Origin: a bacterium
GTDB taxonomy: Bacteria; Patescibacteriota; Saccharimonadia; Saccharimonadales; Saccharimonadaceae
NCBI GenBank assembly: GCA_029549925.1
Contig: JAKPIF010000019.1
Location: 1-62,771, forward strand
Direction: 5' to 3'
Length of the DNA: 62,771 bases
Shown here: positions 29,351 through 39,263 of the stretch, one piece after another
Layout of the letters: the number at the start of each line of letters is the position of its first letter
How positions within the stretch are numbered: the first letter of the stretch is position 1
Position numbers and translations under genes: made by a program
Notes under the pieces: model-generated
Database searches by the model: none
Seen by the model: only the letters and a program-made list of their open reading frames with translations
Told to the model about the DNA's origin: nothing

Positions 29351-29377
29351 CGAAATGGCCTGTGCTAAACTAGTAGC

Positions 29378-30622
29378 ATGAAACGGACCAAACTCTTTAC
29401 TAAAACATCGAAAACTGTGCCAGCCGACGAGACGAGCCGGAATGCCCAGCTATTAATACGGGCGGGTTACGTGCACAAGGAAATGGCGGGCGTTTACGCC
29501 TATCTGCCGCTCGGTCTACGCACCCTTGAGAAAATCAAGTCTATTATCCGCAAAGAGATGGACGGCATTGGCGGGCAGGAAATCTCAATGACGAGTCTAC
29601 AGCCAAAGGCAGTGTGGCAGACAACTCGACGGTGGGACGATGACGTGGTTGATATTTGGTTCAAGTCAAAACTCCAGTCGGGTGAAGACGTGGGCTTTGC
29701 CTGGTCCCACGAAGAGCCGATTCTAAGTATGCTACGCGACTATGTTCACAGCTACAAGGACCTACCTGTGGCGGTGTATCAGTTCCAGACCAAGCTACGC
29801 AATGAGCTAAGAGCTAAATCTGGTATCATGCGGGGGCGCGAGTTCCTGATGAAGGACATGTATAGCGTGCACGCTACGAAGCGGGACCTACAAAAATTCT
29901 ATGACGAGGTCAAGGCGGCATACCTTCACATCTATGACCAGCTCGGTATTGGCGATCGCACCTATGTGACGTTTGCCGCGGGCGGTGCGTTTACTAAATT
30001 TAGCCATGAGTTCCAGACGCTGTGCGACGCAGGCGAGGATTGGCTATACCTCGACAGAGAGAAAAATATCGCTGTTAACGAAGAAGTGTTAGACGATGCC
30101 GTAACGGAGCTAGGTCTAGATAAGAGCAAGTTAGAGAAGTGCCGCAGTGCCGAGGTGGGCAATATCTTTAACTTTGGTACAGATAAAGCGGCACAGATGG
30201 GTATCACCTTTACCGACCGGGACAACCAAGCGAAGCCGTTCTGGTTTGGCAGTTACGGCATTGGTGTGACACGTGTCATGGGTGTCATCGCTGAACTATT
30301 TGCGGACGATAAAGGATTAGTTTGGCCAGACAGTGTGGCGCCGTTTAGGGTCTACTTAGTAAATATCGGCACGGACGAGATGGTGCTAGCGGAAACAGAG
30401 AAAGCCTACTATGAGCTACAAAAGGCTGGCATTGATGTACTTTGGGACGACCGCGACGTGCGCCCTGGCGAGAAGTTCGCAGATGCAGATCTAATGGGCA
30501 TCCCACACCGCGTGGTAATTAGCCAAAAGACACTCGAGAAAGGTGGCGTGGAATATAAGGCCCGCACGAGCGGCGAGAGTGAAATTAAACCGCTTGCCGA
30601 AGTGGTTAAAGCTCTTGCATAG
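29378..30622 (+). CDS. proS: Proline--tRNA ligase (no INS editing domain)
   Basis: LLIRAGY, RGREFLMKDMYS, GSYGIGVTR, anticodon-binding domain. Confidence 0.96.
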   Translation: MKRTKLFTKTSKTVPADETSRNAQLLIRAGYVHKEMAGVYAYLPLGLRTLEKIKSIIRKEMDGIGGQEISMTSLQPKAVWQTTRRWDDDVVDIWFKSKLQSGEDVGFAWSHEEPILSMLRDYVHSYKDLPVAVYQFQTKLRNELRAKSGIMRGREFLMKDMYSVHATKRDLQKFYDEVKAAYLHIYDQLGIGDRTYVTFAAGGAFTKFSHEFQTLCDAGEDWLYLDREKNIAVNEEVLDDAVTELGLDKSKLEKCRSAEVGNIFNFGTDKAAQMGITFTDRDNQAKPFWFGSYGIGVTRVMGVIAELFADDKGLVWPDSVAPFRVYLVNIGTDEMVLAETEKAYYELQKAGIDVLWDDRDVRPGEKFADADLMGIPHRVVISQKTLEKGGVEYKARTSGESEIKPLAEVVKALA

Positions 30623-30712
30623 CAAAATTATTGTGCTAGAATGATTTCAAGTTAGTGAAAAGCGGATCCTTTGGGTCCGTTTTGTCCGGTATAACGAAGG
30701 AGGATTTAAAAA

Positions 30713-31168
30713 ATGAAGAAAGTTTATCATTTGACTAAAGTAGGTAAAGCCGATCTAGAGAAAGAGCTAAAGGAGCTAATCGACAGCCGTTCAGCGATTG
30801 CTGACGAGATCGCGACCGCGCGTGAGAATGGCGATTTGTCCGAGAACAGCGAATACACCGCCGCTCGTGAAAAGCAGAGGCGAACCGAGAACCGCATCGC
30901 CGAGATTCAAGAGATCCTGGACGGCGCTCAGATTATCGAGTCCGATGACGACGGTAAAGTTAGCCTCGGCGACACGGTGACGGTTGAGGTTGGCGGCAAA
31001 GAGAAAACTTATACCGTAGTGGGTGCGATCGAGGCCGATCCGATGGCTAATCGTATCAGTAATGAAAGTCCTTTGGGCGCTGCTCTTTTGGGCGCGAAAG
31101 CAGGCGACACTGTTAAGGCTCAGACGCCAAAGGGCGAAAAAGAGTATAAAGTCGTCAAGGTCAATTAA
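30713..31168 (+). CDS. greA: Transcription elongation factor GreA
   Basis: GDLSENSEY, ISNESPLGAALLG. Confidence 0.97.
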   Translation: MKKVYHLTKVGKADLEKELKELIDSRSAIADEIATARENGDLSENSEYTAAREKQRRTENRIAEIQEILDGAQIIESDDDGKVSLGDTVTVEVGGKEKTYTVVGAIEADPMANRISNESPLGAALLGAKAGDTVKAQTPKGEKEYKVVKVN

Positions 31169-31287
31169 CCTCAAACTGGTTCGCTAATATTGTTATGCTT
31201 GTTAAATCCTTTAATTGGCGTTAAGATAATAAAACGCCAATTATATGGTCGGGGTGGCGTTCCGACAGTTCGTTAGAGAGGATTTGT

Positions 31288-31977
31288 ATGAGTGTAACAG
31301 TGCAGCCAAAAGGCACGGCTAGCAAGTTGGTCAAGCGAGGCCTAGTCGTTGGCGCTGGCATTGGCGTTGCCGCGTTTATCGGCGGCGTTATGTCGGCGCA
31401 AAATGTAGTGTATCACGTAGAAGCCACTGACGGCGGATTCTCGCCGGATGGGGTGCCCGACGGTGACACTAGCGAGAACGACGATGAGGAAGCGAAGGCT
31501 AAAGCTTCGGCTGAAGCCTTCCAAAAAAGCGTCTTAAACGCTGTCAAGCAGCATATGGATGCCAATGAAGCGGCCAAGGACAAAAAGCGAAAGGAGCGGA
31601 AGTCCTATCTCGATCGAGCCAATGACTCGCTAGCTGAGGTGCTTTTTGACTATCTGGGTGACAAGCTGGCGCCTGCTACGGACAACGAGTCGCTTATTGG
31701 GCCGCTGATTCAGCAAGCCAAGAAGTGGACGCGCGATCGAGTGTTCGACATTGGGTTCTATTGTGCAGCGGTTGTAATGACCGTTCGCGACGCTGGTCGC
31801 GCATCGTATCGCGAGTTTATGGGTGATCTAGCCTACGAGCTCGAGAAGAGTCTGTCTGGTGCGGTTGATGATAGCCCGCAGCCGGGTGATGTGGTAGGCA
31901 CTGACGGCGTCTTTATGTCGGGATTCTACGACCACAACGGCCGAGCAATTAATAGCACCGACCCGTCCGACAACTAA
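31288..31977 (+). CDS. Hypothetical protein with N-terminal TM helix
   Basis: 229-aa ORF with SD (gagagg) and GLVVGAGIGVAAFIGGVM. Confidence 0.75.
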   Translation: MSVTVQPKGTASKLVKRGLVVGAGIGVAAFIGGVMSAQNVVYHVEATDGGFSPDGVPDGDTSENDDEEAKAKASAEAFQKSVLNAVKQHMDANEAAKDKKRKERKSYLDRANDSLAEVLFDYLGDKLAPATDNESLIGPLIQQAKKWTRDRVFDIGFYCAAVVMTVRDAGRASYREFMGDLAYELEKSLSGAVDDSPQPGDVVGTDGVFMSGFYDHNGRAINSTDPSDN

Positions 31978-31984
31978 TCCTTTT

Positions 31985-32014
31985 GCCCCCTCCCACTAGT
32001 GGGAGGGGGCTTTT
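31985..32014. terminator. Hairpin terminator between convergent genes
   Basis: gccccctcccac-ta-gtgggagggggc followed by tttt; second hairpin at about 32033-32058. Confidence 0.7.
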
Positions 32015-32071
32015 CTTTTAGCGGTAAGAAAAATCCCCTTCCACTGATGGAAGGGGATAGCGGTGGAAACT

Positions 32072-33142
32072 TTACTCTTTTTTGGGCACATATTCTTCGA
32101 TCGTGGCGACGCGGTCGTGCATGGCGTAATCGCGTGCAAACTCTTGCACTGGTACCTCAAATGGCTCGTTATTACGATAAAGAAAAACGATACGACACTG
32201 CTGGCCGTAGGGAATATCATCGAGCGACTCGTAGATATCCTTGATAGTCTTGTAGCTGAGGTTCTGTGCACGCTGTATGACGAAACACGACTTCTTAATA
32301 CTGCTTAGCAGGCCGATACCGTGAGCGATGAAATCGCGGACCTCGTTTGGTTCAACGCTCACTATGTGCCGACCGTCGACTTTGCTATTGTAGAAGATCA
32401 TTCTGCCGTAATCATCGTATCGCTCTGGCTGCGTGCCGACAAACAAAATCCGTACGCTAGGGTCGCTGAGGTACTCTAACAGTATGCGGCTGCTTAGCTC
32501 ACTGGGCTTTGCCTGAATACTATATTGTAGTTGCCCGTGGTAGATACGAGCCTCACACTGATCGTCGCTAACGGCGTCCGAGATGGCGACGTAGCGCCGC
32601 GGCATGATGACGTTATAACACTGGCGAATGTCGGTGCGCACCTCGTGACGGCTGCCGATATCCTTTTTGTACTCGAACCAGCCACGCCAAGGCAAATAGC
32701 CCTTAGCAACAGGGATGACGTCAGCGCCAACGAGGCCGTTGAAATTCTTGACCTTTTGTTGGCTCACGACCAGGGCAACGTATTCGTTGAGATCGTGCAC
32801 TAGCCGAGTCGTTGCCACCATGGTGCTATCGCTGGTTACCTTAAAGCTCGTGTTGTCGAGCCTAATTTCGCCATCCTTGTGCGGCAAAACGTAGGTGCTT
32901 AGAAAGTGTAAGACCCGCTGGTAATTGACGTTCGTCTCCTTGTCGCGATCCATCTGCCGGATAACGTCGTATGAGATGATGATGCGCCGTTTGGCGTCAA
33001 TGGCGGACGCTGCGATATTAATCGGGTAGAGACCGCATTCGTAAAATGCGCTAATGTCGATGACGAAGTTCCAGTAATGGTTGCCGATAACTTCCTCGCG
33101 GTTGGGGCCACGCGGAATGTTTTGCTGCTTTCTGTGCTTCAT
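32072..33142 (-). CDS. Degenerate PIN-PhoH (PhoH2)-like protein
   Basis: FVIDISAF...IIISYDVIRQMDRDKE (PIN-like) and CFVIQRAQNLSYKTIKDI (PhoH DEAQN-like); strong SD. Confidence 0.7.
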   Translation of the reverse strand: MKHRKQQNIPRGPNREEVIGNHYWNFVIDISAFYECGLYPINIAASAIDAKRRIIISYDVIRQMDRDKETNVNYQRVLHFLSTYVLPHKDGEIRLDNTSFKVTSDSTMVATTRLVHDLNEYVALVVSQQKVKNFNGLVGADVIPVAKGYLPWRGWFEYKKDIGSRHEVRTDIRQCYNVIMPRRYVAISDAVSDDQCEARIYHGQLQYSIQAKPSELSSRILLEYLSDPSVRILFVGTQPERYDDYGRMIFYNSKVDGRHIVSVEPNEVRDFIAHGIGLLSSIKKSCFVIQRAQNLSYKTIKDIYESLDDIPYGQQCRIVFLYRNNEPFEVPVQEFARDYAMHDRVATIEEYVPKKE

Positions 33143-33233
33143 AAAGCTCCTCCTTAAAGGGACTCACTTGGATAAGTGCCTAAATTATAATAACACTTAT
33201 CAGGAATTTTGCAAGGTGTAGACAAGAGATAAA

Positions 33234-33265
33234 GAAAAAGACGCCAGAGCCGAGGCTCTGGCGTC
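33234..33265 (-). terminator. Intrinsic terminator of the 33300-34445 gene
   Basis: gacgccagagcc/ggctctggcgtc hairpin with A-run on + strand (U-run on -). Confidence 0.75.
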
Positions 33266-33299
33266 ACTTGAGAAAGGAAATGCTAATGAGGAGGTAGAG

Positions 33300-34445
33300 C
33301 TAATATTGCACCACAGCGAATTCTTTATGCGGCGCATAAACGCGGTTTAGCTCGGTGATTGGCTGCGTTTTCTTGGGATGATCGTTGTGATAGAGCAGTA
33401 CTAGCGTGGCAGGTACATCCTGCATGTGGTTGATAATGTCAACCAGCTGAGGGTAGCTCAGCGTTTCGCAGTCTTTGACGATAACACAACGTACGTCATG
33501 GTTGAAGATGTGTTCGCGCGCATTCGCGTCCTTGACGATGCTATCTACCTCGCTTGGATACAGGCACTCGATCGCACGGTTAGTGCGGGCAAAGCCCCAT
33601 TCACGGTAAATGTCCAGCCCCTTAATCATTTCAGGCGTGACATTGTACTCACCCTGGTCGTGCACGCCAAGGCTTAGCACCTTGACGCGGCTATTCATGA
33701 GGCAGTGTTGAACACGCCGCCGCATCGTGGCGGCAACGTCGCCATTATCCTTGACGTAGGCGAAATGCGCTGGTGCGCCGTCGATGCCAAACTCTGCCAT
33801 TACATAACGATGGATGAGGTCGTTATCAGTGATTTCGTCGCTGGTAAGCACCTTGGCCGATAGCCAACCAGGCCAGCCCGGTCGGCTTTCTAGCGTCAGC
33901 GACAGGAACGAACGATTAATGGGCAGGTTGCAGGGGTATTTATCAATGAACTGATGATAAGCCTCAGCCGTCTCGTTCGCTGCTTCGTGACTACCGAAAA
34001 CGGCAATTGCCTGCGACCAAGCTTTGTCACAATTAATCTCGGCAAAGTCAATCGCCTCTAGCTCGTTTTCGCTAGCGATCACAAGCTGATCACCCGTCTT
34101 AGTGCTTAGCCAGCAATCTTGCAGGCTAACGATATTGATGTCTTGATTCTCGCCAATGCCGAGAACGTTCTTGAGATACGTCATAGCGTCAATAGCGGCG
34201 GTTTCTTCGTCGGTGCGCTCTTCGCACTTACTGTCGCTAGCTGCCAAGCGCAGCTCATTCATCGTATCTGCAGGAATGATATAAACTGCCTTTTTGAATG
34301 AACAGGCTAGCGCCCAAGCACCCCAGCGCAAGACGGCACTGGAATCGATGACAAACGCGGTTTCCGGGTAATTTTGGGCCAAGTTCTTGCTCAAAGTAAG
34401 CTCCTCTTGTTCGAAACGTATGGAAATATCTTTACAGTATCGCAC
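33300..34445 (-). CDS. Degenerate PIN-PhoH (PhoH2)-like protein, paralog of 32072-33142
   Basis: FVIDSSAVL...YIIPADTMNELR (PIN-like) and CVIVKDCETLSYPQLVDII...LVLLY. Confidence 0.65.
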   Translation of the reverse strand: MRYCKDISIRFEQEELTLSKNLAQNYPETAFVIDSSAVLRWGAWALACSFKKAVYIIPADTMNELRLAASDSKCEERTDEETAAIDAMTYLKNVLGIGENQDINIVSLQDCWLSTKTGDQLVIASENELEAIDFAEINCDKAWSQAIAVFGSHEAANETAEAYHQFIDKYPCNLPINRSFLSLTLESRPGWPGWLSAKVLTSDEITDNDLIHRYVMAEFGIDGAPAHFAYVKDNGDVAATMRRRVQHCLMNSRVKVLSLGVHDQGEYNVTPEMIKGLDIYREWGFARTNRAIECLYPSEVDSIVKDANAREHIFNHDVRCVIVKDCETLSYPQLVDIINHMQDVPATLVLLYHNDHPKKTQPITELNRVYAPHKEFAVVQY

Positions 34446-34641
34446 AAAAAATAGCCTCTCCTTATCTCTAAAAGTGCAACACTGGAATTGCCTCCGAATG
34501 TTTCACAATAATACAACATAATTCCTCTACTAGCAATGATAATAGAGAAGTCACGCCGCAAAATGATGAATCTGTGTTATTATCTGATTATTTAACATCA
34601 GGAACTTAGCCAAGCCCTAGCATGCTATAATATCTATAATT

Positions 34642-36144
34642 ATGGCGACACTAATGGATTATCGGGACGAGCGACTAAAGAAGCTCGAAAAAATTAAGGC
34701 GTTAGGGATTAACCCCTATCCAGCGAAAGTTGAGCGCACGATTGGCGCGGGTGAGATCGCGTCCAGGTTTGATGAACTCAGCGGCCAACTTGAAACCGTG
34801 GTGGGGCGAATTACGAGCCTGCGTAAATTCGGCAAGCTAGCCTTTATTGTGGTGCGAGATTTTAGCGGCAGTGTGCAGCTCTTTATCCAGGCTGGCACGT
34901 TAGGCGAACTAAACGCCGAAAAAGGCGAGCTGGGTATCTCGGAACTAAATTTATTAGATACGGGCGATTTCGTCCAGGCGACCGGCGAAGTAATTAAAAC
35001 GAAGACGGGTGAAGTATCGCTAAAAGTGACGAATCTGCGCCTGATCGGCAAGAGCCTACGGCCAATGCCGGATCGACAAGGCTTTACCAATAAGGAAGAG
35101 CGCCTACGTCGCCGCTATATTGATATGAATGTTAATCCCGAAGTCCGTGAGCGCTTCATTCGCCGCTCGACCTTCTGGACAGCAACGCGGGATTTTCTCA
35201 ACCAGCATGGCTTCATCGAAATCAACATTCCAGTGCTAGAACACACCACTGGCGGAGCGGATGCGACCGCCTTTAAGACGCACATGGATGCCCTGGATCA
35301 GGATTTGTATCTCCGTATTAGTCACGAGCTACCACTTAAGCGCCTACTGGGCGGCGGCTACGAGAAAGTTTATGACATCGGCCCGCGTTTTCGCAACGAA
35401 GGCATTGACGACGAGCACCTACCAGAACATGTCGCCATGGAGTGGTACGCTGCCTACTGGAACTGGCAGGACGGCATGCAGTTCATGGAAGAGATGTACA
35501 AATACGTACTGCAGCGGACGTTTGGTAAGCTACACTTCCAGCTAGGTCAGTTTGACGTCGATCTAAATAAGCCGTGGGAGAAGTGGGATTACGCCGAAGT
35601 GATTAAGAAGCGCTATGGTATCGACGTTTACAACACGAGCGTGGCGGAGATTCATCAGGCACTGAAGGACAACCATATTGAGCTCGGCGGAGCGGAGAAC
35701 ATTTCCCGCGGCGTGGATAAACTGTGGAAAAATATCCGTAAGGACGTGGCTGGGCCGGTGTGGCTAATTAATACGCCGAAGTTTATTTCGCCGCTCAGCA
35801 AGTCTAACCCCGACGGTGTCAGTGTGCAGCGCTTCCAGCCGGTAATTGCTGGTTCAGAGCTGGGTAACGGCTTCAGCGAGCTGAACGATCCAATCGATCA
35901 GCTAGACCGCTTTGAAAAGCAACAGGCGATGCGCGATGCGGGCGACAAAGAAGCGATGATGCTTGATATCGACTTTGTTGAGATGTTAGAGTACGGCATG
36001 CCGCCGGCTTGTGGCTGGGGCTGGAGCGAGCGTGTCTTCTGGGCGTTTGAAGGTGTGACGGCGCGTGAAGGCGTGCCGTTCCCGACCATGCGCTATGAGA
36101 TTAGCGACACCACTCGCAGAATCTACCCAGGGCTAAAACTGTGA
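34642..36144 (+). CDS. lysS: Lysine--tRNA ligase (class II)
   Basis: OB fold, YLRISHELPLKRL, FRNEG, YGMPPACG. Confidence 0.97.
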   Translation: MATLMDYRDERLKKLEKIKALGINPYPAKVERTIGAGEIASRFDELSGQLETVVGRITSLRKFGKLAFIVVRDFSGSVQLFIQAGTLGELNAEKGELGISELNLLDTGDFVQATGEVIKTKTGEVSLKVTNLRLIGKSLRPMPDRQGFTNKEERLRRRYIDMNVNPEVRERFIRRSTFWTATRDFLNQHGFIEINIPVLEHTTGGADATAFKTHMDALDQDLYLRISHELPLKRLLGGGYEKVYDIGPRFRNEGIDDEHLPEHVAMEWYAAYWNWQDGMQFMEEMYKYVLQRTFGKLHFQLGQFDVDLNKPWEKWDYAEVIKKRYGIDVYNTSVAEIHQALKDNHIELGGAENISRGVDKLWKNIRKDVAGPVWLINTPKFISPLSKSNPDGVSVQRFQPVIAGSELGNGFSELNDPIDQLDRFEKQQAMRDAGDKEAMMLDIDFVEMLEYGMPPACGWGWSERVFWAFEGVTAREGVPFPTMRYEISDTTRRIYPGLKL

Positions 36145-36236
36145 GGGCCACCTTCACGGAGCGGCATCGGCGTATCTAGAATGATCGAGTCCTCCGACAT
36201 AAAATGCCAAAATCTCTTAAGTGCTATACTAATCTT

Positions 36237-37022
36237 ATGACGAGAGTAGTGACAGCGGCGAAGTTTAGCGCCGCAGAAATAGACAATATGCGGGCGGCGG
36301 GTAAGATTCTAGCCAGCCTTTACCGTGATGTTCGACCCCTAGTTAAAACGGGTACGACGACACGCGAACTGAACGACTGGTTTGCTAAAGAAATCACCGC
36401 TCGTGGGGCGCATGCAACCTACCTAGACCCCGATGTGAACTTTCCGGGTGTAATTTGCATCAGCGTGAACGACATGGTGGTACACGGCGTACCGAACGAA
36501 TATCAGTTGCAGCCGGGCGACGTGGTAAGCTTTGACCTGGTTATTGACTATCAAGGCATGAAGGCAGACAGTGCTTTTACAATGCTGGCTGACGACGAAG
36601 AACCGACTGGCGCAAAGAAATTGCTACTAGATACGACTAAAAAGAGTCTCTATGCCGGCATTAACGCCATTCACGGCGATGTGCGCACGGGCGATGTGGG
36701 GGCAGCGGTGGAGCAAGTGCTCGACCGAGCTCATCTCGGTGTGGTGCGCGACCTCGTCGGCCATGGTATTGGCCGTGAGATGCACATGGAGCCGGATGTG
36801 CCGAACTATGGCCACCGCCATACGGGCATGCTAGTGCCGGTAGGCAATGCGATTGCGATTGAGCCAATGGCAACGCTTGGCAGTTGGAAGGTGATTAATG
36901 ACCCTGATGACCCCACGGGCTGGGGCTATAAGACTCGCGACGGCTCGCTGGCAGCTCACTTCGAACACACCGTTTTGCTTCACGACGACGGACCAGAGAT
37001 CATCACTGCAGGCGCGTTCTAA
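36237..37022 (+). CDS. map: Methionine aminopeptidase type I
   Basis: CISVND.VVHG, GHGIG, AIEPM, AHFEHT; start at ATG after TGCTATACT. Confidence 0.96.
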   Translation: MTRVVTAAKFSAAEIDNMRAAGKILASLYRDVRPLVKTGTTTRELNDWFAKEITARGAHATYLDPDVNFPGVICISVNDMVVHGVPNEYQLQPGDVVSFDLVIDYQGMKADSAFTMLADDEEPTGAKKLLLDTTKKSLYAGINAIHGDVRTGDVGAAVEQVLDRAHLGVVRDLVGHGIGREMHMEPDVPNYGHRHTGMLVPVGNAIAIEPMATLGSWKVINDPDDPTGWGYKTRDGSLAAHFEHTVLLHDDGPEIITAGAF

Positions 37023-37171
37023 AGTTTTAAAGCGGCTCCGAGACTGGCTCCTTGTTTGCTGTAATGCCGTGATGGCTAGTCGGTCAATTGACTAGCCATT
37101 GCATTTTATGCTATTTGTGGTATAAAATGATACTTGACAATATTGTAGTTCTTTCCGAGAGGAGATTGTCT

Positions 37172-37858
37172 ATGATCCTTCTTTATAGCGTCGAAAAAGA
37201 AGTCAACGAAAAGCTTCATGTCAAGAGTAAGGAGAACGGCTATTCGCTATATCCGCCGCGGACGTTTGAGTCACGAGCTCCGTACACGAAGGTGCCAGAT
37301 GAAATAATGCACCGTCGCCTGCGGAACGTCATGACGGATAATAGCATTAAGCTCGAGGTGATCGGCTATAGCAAGCGAGAGCGTTTTGAGCTCGAGGACG
37401 TCATGAAGGAGGCGTTGAAGTTTGACGGCCAGATTGCCATCGTTACCTTTGAAGGCTATGGTGGTCGAATCGACTTTTCCAAGTTGACGTCTGAGACTAG
37501 TCGTGAAATCGACAAAAGCGAGCGGGTGGTTTATGCCGACGATTGTCGCCACCGTTACATTAGCCCCAACAAGGGTTTAAGTGAAGGCGGAGAGGTCGAT
37601 ATAAATATTAAGGATTACAATCAAACGCTATTTCTGGTGTTTGATACTGATCCGAAGGTGACGCAAGGTATCCTTCGGCGCATTGGCGGCAGGTCGAAAA
37701 TCTGGTGCATTTATGATGCCGATGACGATCGCCGGCATGCGCCACGTTTTGTCAACTGGGCACGGTGGCTCGGTCCGAGAGACGATTTTGCCGCCATTAT
37801 GCCGGATTATCGACTGACGGGTCTCGCTAACGAATTGGCTTACTTTTCTAGTCGCTAA
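37172..37858 (+). CDS. Hypothetical protein, possible degenerate PhoH-domain member
   Basis: SD gagaggag; ILRRIGGRSKIWCIYD resembles PhoH LTRIGxxSKxVxxGD. Confidence 0.6.
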   Translation: MILLYSVEKEVNEKLHVKSKENGYSLYPPRTFESRAPYTKVPDEIMHRRLRNVMTDNSIKLEVIGYSKRERFELEDVMKEALKFDGQIAIVTFEGYGGRIDFSKLTSETSREIDKSERVVYADDCRHRYISPNKGLSEGGEVDINIKDYNQTLFLVFDTDPKVTQGILRRIGGRSKIWCIYDADDDRRHAPRFVNWARWLGPRDDFAAIMPDYRLTGLANELAYFSSR

Positions 37859-37860
37859 TC

Positions 37861-37888
37861 TCTTATCTCTTATCTCTTATCTCTTATC
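37861..37888 (+). repeat. Heptamer tandem repeat (TCTTATC)4
   Basis: Four exact copies read directly. Confidence 0.9.
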
Positions 37889-37940
37889 GATTATCCCTTC
37901 CTGTACGCGGGAAGGGATTTTCTTTTGTTATAATACTCTT

Positions 37941-39224
37941 ATGAAATATACGGTAAACGAATACAAAACAAGTAGGGGTAGTAAGGGTCTAATCCTGGAC
38001 GTAGCCGAGGCGCCGGTTGTTTCGATGCAGTTCCAGTTTCGCGCTGGCTACCGCTATGTGGAAGACTATCGGCATAAGGCGCAGGCGGCTCACGTTTTGG
38101 AACACATGGCGGCGGGCAGTAATCAACACTATCCCGATCCAATGAAATATGAGCAGGCGTTCACCAAAAATGGCGCCTATAATAATGCGTTTACGAGTAA
38201 TGTCGCCATGAGCTATGTGGCGAGTTGTGCCGATTTTGAGTGGCCCCGCATTATGGAGCTAATGCGTTACGAGCTAACCGAGCCAAACTTTGACGAGAAG
38301 ATTTTTGCGACAGAAAAGGGCAATGTGCGAAGCGAGCTGGCTGGTTACCTATCGCAGGCGGGTCGCATGATTGGTCCCTTGGTCGCCGAAAACATGGGGT
38401 TTGACGATTTAACCTATCCCGAAGCCCTCGAGACGGTCGACAACCTGACACTAGACGATCTCAGCCGCCATTACGCCAAGACGCATACGGCTGAGAATAT
38501 GCGCTTTGTCATGGCGGGAGATTTCAAGGATAATATGGATGAAGTCAAGGCGGCGCTCGAAGCAATCGATTTGTCGACTGGCGGCGAGCGGTTTGAGCTC
38601 TTTGGCGATATGCTTCATTCGGCACCAGCGGCGCTGATCCACCGCGATGATGTGCCAGGGATTACCTTCTTAATCTGCATGGAAACGCCGCGCGAGCTGA
38701 GTGACCCAGAATGCTATAACATGAACGCACTGAATCATATCTTGACTGGCACGATGAACAGTCGCATTTTTGGCCGGGCGCGCCAGATGGGGATTCTGTA
38801 CGGTTGCGGTTCGGCGACGGATTCGACGAACGATCATAGCGAGTGGTGGTTCAGCGGCCGGGCGACCAATGATAATTTGCCGGCAGTGTTCGATCTAATC
38901 GTAGAGGAGCTAGAGCGGGTCAAGCGGGGCGAAATCGACGATGAAGATTTGGCTGACGCCAAGTCATATGCCTTAGGGCGCTTCCGCATGGGAATCCAGA
39001 CAGCGGGGCAGCTAGCCAACTATTTGTCGGGGCGCTACTTCTATGATGGTACGATTAAGAATTATGCCGATGAGCCGAAGATGATTGAAGCGGCGAATAA
39101 GGACGAAATCGTGCGTTTGGCGCGGGAATTCTTTGACAAGAATATCTGGAGCGTCGGTCTCTATGGTTCAACCGACCAGGCGATGGCCGACAGCTTGCAA
39201 GAGAAGCTGGGGATGTTATTCTAA
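37941..39224 (+). CDS. M16 family (pitrilysin/insulinase) metallopeptidase
   Basis: HVLEH inverted zinc motif, NAFT, SRIF...R. Confidence 0.92.
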   Translation: MKYTVNEYKTSRGSKGLILDVAEAPVVSMQFQFRAGYRYVEDYRHKAQAAHVLEHMAAGSNQHYPDPMKYEQAFTKNGAYNNAFTSNVAMSYVASCADFEWPRIMELMRYELTEPNFDEKIFATEKGNVRSELAGYLSQAGRMIGPLVAENMGFDDLTYPEALETVDNLTLDDLSRHYAKTHTAENMRFVMAGDFKDNMDEVKAALEAIDLSTGGERFELFGDMLHSAPAALIHRDDVPGITFLICMETPRELSDPECYNMNALNHILTGTMNSRIFGRARQMGILYGCGSATDSTNDHSEWWFSGRATNDNLPAVFDLIVEELERVKRGEIDDEDLADAKSYALGRFRMGIQTAGQLANYLSGRYFYDGTIKNYADEPKMIEAANKDEIVRLAREFFDKNIWSVGLYGSTDQAMADSLQEKLGMLF

Positions 39225-39263
39225 CCCAGTTCACAGTGGGGTTTCTGTGTATAATAGAACCAG

